Assembly (NCBI RefSeq): GCF_018977255.1
Contig: NW_024704742.1
Coordinates: 11,472,001-11,536,000 of the forward strand
Origin: Callorhinchus milii
Lineage: Eukaryota
Length of the DNA stretch: 64,000 bases
Direction of reading: 5' to 3'
Shown here: one piece after another, positions 54,765-64,000 of the stretch
Numbering within the stretch: position 1 is the first letter of the stretch
Layout: every line of letters starts with the position of its first letter
Translations under genes and position numbers: made by a program
Notes under the pieces: model-generated
Databases searched by the model: none
The model's input: the letters and a program-made list of their open reading frames with translations, nothing else
What the model was told of the DNA's origin: nothing

Positions 54765-55392
54765 TCATAGAATCATACAGCACAGGAAGAGGCCATTCGA
54801 CCCATCGTGTCTGCGCCAGCTCAGAAAAGAGCAATCCAACTCAATCCCACTGGCCCGCTTTCTCTCCATAGCCCTGCAATCCTGTCCTCCCCAAATACCC
54901 ATCTACTTCTCTCATAAAAGTTGCTATTGAATCAGCTTCTACTACCCTTTCAGGTAATGCATTCTAGATCCCAAGAACTCGTTGGTGAAATTTTTTTCCT
55001 AACCTCTGTTTCTTTTAACAACTATCCTAAATCGGTTTCCTCGGGTTACTGACCCACATGTCAGTGGAAACAGTTTCTCCCGGTTCAACCTATCAAATCA
55101 TCTCATGATCTTGAAAACCTCTATTAAATCCCCTCTTAATCTTCTCTGATGTAGGGAGAATAATCCTAGTTTTGCCAACCTCTCCTCATAACTAAGGTCC
55201 TTCATTCCTGGTATCATCCTGGTAAACCTCCTTTGCACCCTCTCCAATGCCTTAAAATCTTTCCAAAAGTGCGGTGCCCAGAACTGAACGCAGTACTCCA
55301 ACTGAGGCCTAACCAGCATTCAACATAACCTCCTGACTTTTGAATTCTATGCCCCTATTTATAAAACCTATGCTTTTTTAACAGTTGTTTTA
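54765..55392 (-). mobile_element. CR1 LINE 3' fragment (same subfamily as 58030-60041)
   Basis: ORF 55098-55319 LVRPQLEYCVQFWAPH...RRLRGDLIEVFKIMR; CR1 tail catagaatcata at 54766. Confidence 0.93.
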
Positions 55393-55554
55393 GATTTGGA
55401 GCGTTGCTGTCAACACACCGTTCTGTTAACATTAACTAATTCCCTTCACTCCCTGGCAATTCCCTACCTCCCGACCTCTTCACTCCCCAATCCACCACCA
55501 CTCCGCTTGACTGGCAGTGGCCTCCTGCTCGTCCATCCCACCCTCTGCTCGTCC

Positions 55555-56947
55555 CCAATGACCATCTGTGACCACCAATGACATCCTGACCATCTGTGAC
55601 CAGGGCTCCCTCTGCCTCCTCGTCCTCCTCGACCTATCGGCAGCATTCAATACGGTCGACCATGCTATCCTCCTCCACCGCTTGTCCTCCCACCTCAACC
55701 TTCAAGGCACTGTCCTTGAGTGGTTTAGGTCGTACCTCTCCCACCGTCTTCACTGTGTTTCCACGAATGGCTTTTCCTCCACCCCCCGCACTGTCTTGTG
55801 CAGTGTCCCTCAAGGCTCTGTCCTCGGTCCCCTCCTCTTCACCCTCTATATGCTCCCCCTTGGTGACATCATCCGCAGACATGGGGTTAACTTCCACATG
55901 TATGCGGATGACACCCAACTCGACCTTTTCTCCTCTACCCTCAACTCCACGACCACCGATGTCCTGACAGCTGCCTGTCCGACATCGAGTCCTGGACGAG
56001 AGACAACTTTCTTCAGCTCAACGTGCATAAAACTGAGTCCCTCCTGATTGGCTCACGTCAGCGCCTCCGCACCTCAGGCGCCGACACCATCAGCATCCAA
56101 GGCTGCACTCTCCACCTCTCAAAGCCAGTCAGGAACCTCGGGGTTCTGTTCGACCCTGAGCTGTCCTTTCTCCCTCATATCTGTGCCACAACTGGCACTG
56201 CCTTCCATCACCTCCGGAATATCGCCAGACTACGGCATTACCTCACCCCTCACGCTGCTGAAACCCTGGTCGACGCCTTTATCACCTCAAGCCTGGACTA
56301 TGGGAACTCTCTCCTCGCCGGCCTTCCCGCCACCTCCCTCCACAAGCTGCAGGTCATTCAGAACTCTGCAGCTCATGTACTGTCCCGCACCAGGCTTCGG
56401 GACCACATCACTCCCACCCTCGCTCGCCTCCAGTGGCTCCCCATCCCCCAGAGGATCAATTTCAAGATCCTCATCCTCACCTACAAGGCCATTCACGGCC
56501 TCGCTCCCTCCTACCTCTCCGACCTACTATCCCCCTACCTACCTGCCCATACCCTCCGTTCCTCTGGCTCCGGTCTGCTCCACATCCCCCGCCCCAACCG
56601 CCCTACCATCGGTGGCCGGGCCTTCAGCCTCTCAGCCCCGAGGCTCTGGAACTCTAACCCCCAGTGCCTTCGCTGCCTCCTCCTTTTCCTCCTTCAAGGC
56701 CGGTCTCAAGACCTTTCTCTTTGACCGAGCCTTCGGCTCCCCTCTCGACTCTCTACCCCCTCCTCGCTCCCTCCCTTCCCTCCCCTCACCCTGACCATTT
56801 CTCCCCTGCTCGGGTCCTGACCCAACTGTACAGCACCTTGGGACGTCCTCCTGATGTGAAAAGCGCTATATCAAATGCAAGGATTATTATTATTATTATT
56901 ATTATTAAAGGCGCTCTATGAATGGAATCTTGTTGTTGTTGTTGTTG
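55555..56947 (+). mobile_element. L2 LINE, 5'-truncated ~1.39 kb (copy C), nested in an older L2 3' fragment
   Basis: ORFs 55568-56047 (YADD) and 56023-56724; (GTT)n tail to 56947; older L2-like sequence on both sides (55445-55554 and 56948-57144). Confidence 0.95.
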
Positions 56948-58029
56948 TCCATGCCCCAAAACTCTGCCCCCTCTCTCCCCTTTTGAAGTCCCACCTGAAG
57001 AGCTTCCTCTTTGACTATGCTTACGGCCACCGGCCCGCCCCCCCTCCCCCCACCACCCAGCTCGGAGTTAGGCTCCGCCATTTCTAAGGCTCTTAAGATG
57101 CTACCCTGCGAGGAAGGCGCTATATAAGTGCAAGTTGTTGTTGTGCCAAATGCAGGTACAGATGAAGCAGACCTCATACTTGTGCCAAGATAGCTCCTGA
57201 CACCATTACTGCCTGTTCCCTGCACTTGCACTGAGGTAGATTTTAATTCCCAGAACCATAGATTTTTAATGCAACACTGACTGTGGGAATGTGCGGCAAC
57301 AGTTAATGCACTGTGTGTGTCTGCAGAAATCAATCTGGTTTCTGAATGAAGTACGAGACAGGAAGTGGGCTCTCACTGGAGCACTATAATATACCACAAC
57401 CTGTGATCTACAGTACTGAGAGCACGTTTGCTCATGCAGAATCCGTGTAATCCTTTCTGCAATATTCTTCACTATAATCTGCTTTTTGTTGCAAGGTTAC
57501 CAAAGACTCTGCACACTTGTGTCTGCTGTTGCCCTCTGTATCCAGTGTTAAACGTCAGACTGCTACAAAGAGGTTATACAAGGGTGGTGTTGTTAAAGTC
57601 TCTGCAAAGGCCCTTATCCATGAAGAAAAGTATTAGACTATCCCATGAAGACTATTCCAATGCCCTCTTCGCTGGTCTCCGCAGCTCCACTACCCACAAA
57701 CTACAGTCGTTCAGAACTCCACCGCCCACATGCTCACCCACACTGAACTCCATACCCCCATCATACCAATCCTCCTCAGGCTCCACTGGCTCCCTATCAC
57801 AAAAAAGATCGATTTCAAGATCCTCTCACTCGTCTACAAATCCCTTCACACCTGGCACCTGCCTACCTTTTCAATCTGCTTTTTCCCCATTCCACTACCT
57901 GCTGCTCTGTCCTCCTGCTTGTCCCTCGTCCCCTCCGCTCTACCATTGGTAGCCATGCTTTCAACCACTATGCCTTGAAGCTTTGGAAGTCTCACTCTCA
58001 ATCCTTCCATCTTGCCCCCTCACCTCAAA

Positions 58030-60041
58030 TGAGGTGGAGTAGGTTTCAGCAGGAGAGCATCTGGGTAACAGTGATTACAATATCATTAGGTTTAGAATAG
58101 TTATGGAGAAGGACAACAATCAATCAAAGGTAAAGACTCTCAACTGGAAACGGGCTAATTTCAGTGAGCTAAAAAGGGACCTGGCCAAGATAGATTGGAA
58201 AGAGAGAGTGACAGGTAAGACAGCAAACAAACAATGGGAAGCCTTCACAGAGGAGATAGTTTGGGGACAGAGCAAATACATTCCCACAAAGGCGAAAGGT
58301 AAGATAGTCAAACCTCCCTGGATGACTAAGGAAACTGGGATTAAAATAAAACAGAAAAGGGAGGCTGATGACAAATGTCAGGACCAAACCACACAGGATA
58401 ATCAAATAGAATATAGGAAGTACAGAGGAGAAGTGAAAAGGGAAATAAGAGGGGCATAGAGATTATACAAGAAAAGATTAGCAGGAAACATAAAAGGGAA
58501 CCCTAAGGTACTTTATAAGCATATCAAGAGTAAAAGGTTAGCCAAAGGTAAGGTGGGTCTATGGCAATCTTCTTGTGGAGGCAGAGGGCATGGCTGATGT
58601 ACTAAATAAGTACTTTGCAACTGTCTTCACAAAAGAAGACGATGCAAATAATGCCACAATATCGCAGGCGTGTGAACAGAAATTGGATATGATAAAAATC
58701 AACAGAGAGGAGTTACTAAAAAGGCTGTCGGTGCTCAACATAGATAAGTCACCTGGTCTGGACAGGATGCATCCAAGGTTACCGAGGGAAGCAAGGGTGG
58801 AAATAGCGGAAGCTCTGGCCACAATCTTTCAATCCTCTTTGGACACTGGAGTGGTGCCAGAGGACTGGAAGTTTGCAAATGTTACTCCCCTGTACAAAAA
58901 GGGGCAGAAGGATAAACCTGAGAACTACAGGCCAATCAGCCTCACATCAGTAGTAGGGAAACTTCTGGAGACTTTAATCCGGGACAATATAAGTCTCACT
59001 AAGAAAAATATGGTTTAATAAAGGACAGTCAACACGGATTTGTTAAAGGCAGATCATGTCTGACAAACCTAATATTTTTTGATGAAGTGACAGAGAGTGG
59101 ATGAAGGTGGTATATGTAGTTTATCTACATTTTCAAAAGGCATTTGACAAAGTGTCACATAAGAGATATCAACAAAATCGAAGCCCATGGTACTAAAGGG
59201 ACTGTGGCAACATAGATCCAGAACTGGCTAGGAGACGCAAAGCAGAGAGTGGTAGAAAATGGTTGCTTTCCTGACTAGAGGGTGGTGTGTAGTGGTGTCC
59301 TTCAGGGGTCAGTATTGGGACCACTGCTCTTTCTGATATATATTAATGATCTGGACCGGGATATAGGGAGCACAATTTCCAAATTTGCAGACGATACTGA
59401 GCTAGGAAAAGTAGTTAATGGTGAGGAGGATAACACCAGTCTCCAATAGGGGCATAGAATACAAAATTCAGGAGGTTATGTTCAATATTTATAAAATGCT
59501 GGTTAGGCCTCAGTTGGAGTACTGCGTACAGTTCAGGGCACCGCACGTTAGGAAAGATGTTAGGGCATTGGAGAGGGTGCAAAGGAGGTTTACCAGGATG
59601 GTACCAGGAATGAAGGACCTTAGTTACGAGGAGAGGTTAGCGAAAGTAGGATTATTCTCCCTACAGCAGAGAAGATTAAGAGGGGATTTAATAGAGGTTT
59701 TCAAGATCATGAGAGGATTTGATAATGTTTCCATTAGCATGTGGTTCAGTAACCTGAAGGCACAGATTTAGGATAGTTGTTAAAAGAAACAGATGGGAGG
59801 ATAGGGAAAATGTTTTCACCAGCGAATTGTTGGGATCTGCAATGCATTAACAGAAAGGGTAATGGAAGCCGATTCAATAACAGCTTTTAAGTGAGAAGTA
59901 GATGGGTATTTAGGGAGGACAAGATTGCAGGGCTATGGAGAGAAAGCGGGCCAGTGGGATTGAGTTGGATTGCTCCTAAAAAGGAGCTGGCACAGAGACG
60001 ATAGGTGGAATGGCCTCTTTCTGTGCTGTATGATTCTATGA
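58030..60041 (+). mobile_element. CR1-clade LINE, 5'-truncated, internally deleted near 59445, nested in an L2 fragment
   Basis: EN end (GEHLGNSD) through RT (PEDWKFANVTPLYKKG, NYRPISLTS, LVRPQLEYC); tail tgattctatga at 60031-41; L2-like flanks at 57650-58025 and 60042-60195. Confidence 0.95.
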
Positions 60042-61214
60042 ATCCCCTTTTTTAGATCAGGACTGAAGATCTTTCTCTTCAACCGTGCTTACTGTCACTT
60101 CCTTCCTCCCCCAGCTCGGCATCAGAATCTTCTGCCGTTAAGCATACCTTGGTCCTACCCCACATGAAGGGGCACTGTATAAATGCAAGTTGTTATTACA
60201 GTATATTCTGTGAAGTGCTTTGAGACATCTCAAAGACATGAAAGTCTCTATATCAAGTGCAAGGAATATTATTGTTGTTGTTGATTGAAAAGTATGTCCC
60301 TGAATATAATAAAAGTAACTTCTTAGTTGTGGTTTGCAACCTTAACTTCATTTCTGGGTCCTAATTAGGAGAGGTGTCATTCTTAACCTCAGCCTCAACC
60401 TTCAAATCAGCTCATGCCACTGGAGATCAAGATGGGAGCAAAAGCAGCATGTTTTAAAATGATTTTTATTTTTGCTTTTAATAAATCACAAGTATATTTT
60501 TTTCAGTCAGATATTTTGAGGATAAGGTGTGAGATCTTTTCCTGTATCTCCTTTGTCTTTAATATTTCTTCCAAGAGACAATCAAATATTGTGTGAACTG
60601 CTTTTAGTAGGTCATTTTGAACACAAGCTGAGTTGACGTGATATTTCCCAGCTTGAAACCCCTCTGTCACAGCTCCTTCGACCCACTGACCAGTTTTGAT
60701 GAGGCAATACGATAACCTAAATGTTAATCTATCTTTCTTTTCCAGATGCTGAGATTTCCTGACATTTTTTTCCCTTTTTATTTCCAAATTAACCTCCGTT
60801 CAGAGTCTCAATAACTCAGTGGTGATTCTGCTTCAACTGCCTGTGTGACTACAGCTCCCTGGCACTGTCAAGTTAACTAACTATTTCAAGCCCGAGTGCC
60901 CTGAGAAGTCATCAGTGCTACTGTCCAGCCTGACTGGATAAAGTTACACTTGGCTCAGCATCAAGAGAGTATGTTCTACATTAGCAATTCTATGTTACTG
61001 GGCTCCAAATGGTGACACTATTACTTTAACATGGGGAGATTCCTAAATTGCTAGAAGATTGAAGAGCTCTGTTGCTATGGTTTATCACATGGTATTGAAT
61101 TCCACACTATTATTTCCGTGTGTTAGGTTGATTGAGTTGGTAGCAACGTTGCCACTGCATCAGACAAATGTAGGTCCAAGCTTTACATTGGGACTTAGAG
61201 CTTGTATTCTAAAC

Positions 61215-61490
61215 TGGCAGTGTTGCATTGTCATCCTCTAGGTGAGAGTTAATCCAAGGTCGTGTCTGGCTGTTCAGATGGATGTTAAAGATCTTATGAT
61301 GCTATCAGAAACAAACAGGGAGTTTCTACCAGTGTCCTGACCCAGATTAAAAATCCACCCAAATAAAATTGGTCAGGCACTTCATGGCTTTTTGTGGATC
61401 GTTGCTATGCATAAATTGGTTGCTACATTTATATATGTATAGTTTCTACATAACACCAAATTCCCTGTGAATAAATTTGAGACATTTACC
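61215..61490 (+). mobile_element. Old DeuSINE-like element
   Basis: tgttgcattgtc ... gtctggctgttcagatggatgttaaagatc ... gggagtttctaccagtgtcctg. Confidence 0.6.
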
Positions 61491-62494
61491 ATACTAGTAC
61501 AGATTTTCTCGTGCCTAGATGGGTACAACTTTGAAAGCATTACAATGTTGAATCTGTAATAAACAGCATACCACGTCTCAGTTTCTGAACTCTCTGGTGT
61601 TGTTAAAATGGCTAAATGGCTAAACCCCAAAGCGGAGTGGCCATTGTAAGTAGATGGGCTTCTGATCTCCCATTTGAGTCTGTATTGATAGCAGTTTGAA
61701 AGCGAGTAAGTAGCGAGACCATTTTCCAACACTGGCGTCATCCACCCAGAGGCTTGCAATGCAATCTTTCAGTGCTGAGTGGACCAGGTCTTTTTTCAGT
61801 ACTTAAGCACAAGTGCAATGAAATAAAATACCATTTGAAACTGACAAATGAAGTGACGAGCAGTATTCTACCAAAGTGAGAATGTTCCTATTGATCGCAA
61901 AGAGTAGTGTGCACGAATTAGGGTCGGCATTATTTTTATGGTTAGGGAACGGATTGATGTCGGATTTTACTCCACATCCAGTCGATTGGAGCCCCGTCTT
62001 CTGAGATGGTCTATTGCTGTTGACACTAGAAATGAGTGCATTAACTGCACTAAAGTTGACAGCAGACCCTTGGGTCAATCAAATTAACTTGGAACTATAG
62101 TGCATTGGTTTTCGTCTCACATTATCTGATCGATGAGCAGACAATTAGGTAAGGTGATATAAGTGCTGTGTAAAATCTGATCTTTTGTGCCTGAAACTAT
62201 TGAGCCATTGCAAATCACCACTGCTATAAAATTTCACACTTGAACTAAAAACCCCAATGTTTTTCCCAAACGTAATGCAACAGGGATTGGAAAATGTTCT
62301 CACTGTGCCATTCTCTCCAGAATCCTTTGGGCAGAAAGCCATCAAACATTTGACTGCCTATGTGACAAGCCAAGGTCAAAGAGCATCATAATATAGTTTT
62401 AATAGTGTAAATCTTAAAGCTTATTCATATGTATATAGAATATAGCAGTAAAATGCTGATTGTTTAAAGTGAGGTGGACTAATCTTAATTTTTT

Positions 62495-62680
62495 AATAAT
62501 GTTAATAATAATCCTTTAATAATAATAATCCTTTCATCTGATATAACGCCTTGTCACGTCATTGAGACATCTCAAAGCGCTTCAAAGCCCTAACCCTAAC
62601 CCTAATGCTATAAAGTAATGCGTCTGTGTATTTTGTGGGCAAATGCAGCAGCTAATTTGTGCACAGCAATGTCCCACATT
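62495..62680 (-). mobile_element. SINE 3' fragment interrupted by (CCCTAA)3
   Basis: Reverse-complement SINE tail; telomere-like repeat at 62588-62605. Confidence 0.8.
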
Positions 62681-63537
62681 GAAATGGAATGTGACCTAGA
62701 AAGTCTTCAAGCACAGGGCCTACTCCAGTGACTGGTATCATTCCAAAGTCTTCAAAGAAGGTATTATATTTGGTCATTAGGGTAATCTGTATTGTTCAAT
62801 CCATTGCACTGTTTTAGTCTAAAATTCCACATGTCTGATTCTAGCAAAATTCTATGAAAATTAATTGGTCTGCTTATGCTGCAGGCTTTGTATCTATTCA
62901 GTGAGAAAATGACATTAAATTGCTGTCAACTCTGCAATCTAACTGAATCAATGATCTTTCCTATCAATCCTTTAAACAAACATATTCAGAAAGTGTGCGT
63001 GTATGGGAGAGTGGGGGGACGAAACTACTGCCCGTGGTTTAACAGACTTAGCAGAAGTTACATTTTAACTACAATTGGTACAAAACTCTAACATTTTAAA
63101 TGGAATTGAGAAAGTAAACAATTTCTGCACCAAGACAGCAGAACAGGAGGACCCAAGTTTAGGGTTGCAAATGATAATTTGAGGACAGACATCAGGAAAC
63201 ATTTATTTTGTCAGGATGAGAGCAAGTGGGCGAAGAGCCTTCTTTATCTGAACCTAACGCGGTTTGTTGTGCCATCCCTTGGTAGAGTTGGAGGGGTGGG
63301 GTTGAGTGGCAAGGGAACCCTCAGTGATATCTGTACTATTCCTTAGGTGTTAAAGACAAAAAACTGTACTGGAAAGTGGGGCTAATAAATCCTCTTTGGG
63401 AAAATGGCAACAACAGCAACTTGCATTTATATAGCACCCCTAACGCAGGGTAGTGTCCCAGAGCGCTTGACAGAGGCGGAGCATGATATCGAGCTGGGGG
63501 GAGGGGGAGGTGACCATAGACACAGTTGAATAGGAAG

Positions 63538-63852
63538 GTGGAATCCTGTAGCTCAGTGGTTAGAGCACTCGCTTTACAAGCGAGAGACCTGAGTTCAATT
63601 CCTGGCAGGGCGAAACCTTGGGCAAGTTTCCTTACTCCACACGCCTAATAATAATCCCTCCAAAACAAAACAATAATAAATTGGTCATTTTCAATCTACG
63701 ACTGTTTGTGGGACATTGCTGTGCGCAATTGGCTGCCGCGTTCACCCACAAATATACAGTCAATTCACTTTACAGTATATTCTGTGAAGCGCTTTGGGAC
63801 GTCTAGAAGATGTGAAAAGCGTTACATCAAATGCAAGGATTATTGTTATTAT
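63538..63852 (+). mobile_element. tRNA-derived SINE, short subfamily, full length, inserted in a minus-strand L2 3' fragment
   Basis: A-box tagctcagtgg, B-box gttcaattcc; aaggt on both sides; L2 relic at 63410-63537 continues at 63853-63925. Confidence 0.92.
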
Positions 63853-64000
63853 AAGGTCTTCAGGCGCGACCTGAAGATGGAGAAGGAAGTAGCAAGGCAG
63901 GGGGATAGAGGAAGAGTGTCCAGAGGCAGGATAAAATGTGACCTTGGAAAAAAATTTTCCATTTTGGATTTTGGATCTCATTTCCAAATCAGATAAAAAC

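Noticed and set aside
63538..63612. tRNA genes at SINE heads (also 27951, 29107, 49362, 54086)
   Set aside because: They have A/B boxes and an anticodon arm, but poor acceptor stems, and each continues into the SINE body.
46145..64000. Latrophilin KVEQK micro-exon and the olfactomedin exon
   Set aside because: No convincing match found by eye; they probably lie beyond the window, although a 15-nt exon could be missed.
1..64000. CRISPR array, retron or other prokaryotic RT system
   Set aside because: Repeats are dispersed rather than regularly spaced, and all RT motifs belong to L2 or CR1 non-LTR retrotransposons.

Overview
This is eukaryotic (vertebrate) genomic DNA, not a prokaryotic locus. 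The repeat content (L2 and CR1 LINEs, a tRNA-headed SINE with an (ATT)n tail, SacSINE1/Deu-type SINE relics) suggests a cartilaginous fish, probably a chimaera; this is an inference. The only host coding sequence I can support is one 110-nt internal exon (46035-46144, +) encoding the end of the rhamnose-binding lectin domain of a latrophilin, most similar to ADGRL3. The rest is probably ADGRL3 intron filled with retroelements, and nearly all ORF-track entries are repeat-derived or spurious. The most notable observations are: (1) three young L2 copies share one RT frameshift, implying a defective master mobilised in trans; (2) two of them are 5'-truncated at the same nucleotide, carry 18-nt self-templated 5' extensions, and flank the exon in inverted orientation; (3) a CR1 3' end reaches the exon's branch-point region; (4) a SINE tail sits inside the homologous L2 tail; (5) a ~110-bp inverted repeat lies beside a hAT-like end; (6) telomere-like inserts occur inside SINEs. 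Repeat boundaries are by eye and approximate, and family names come from recalled consensus motifs, not database searches.
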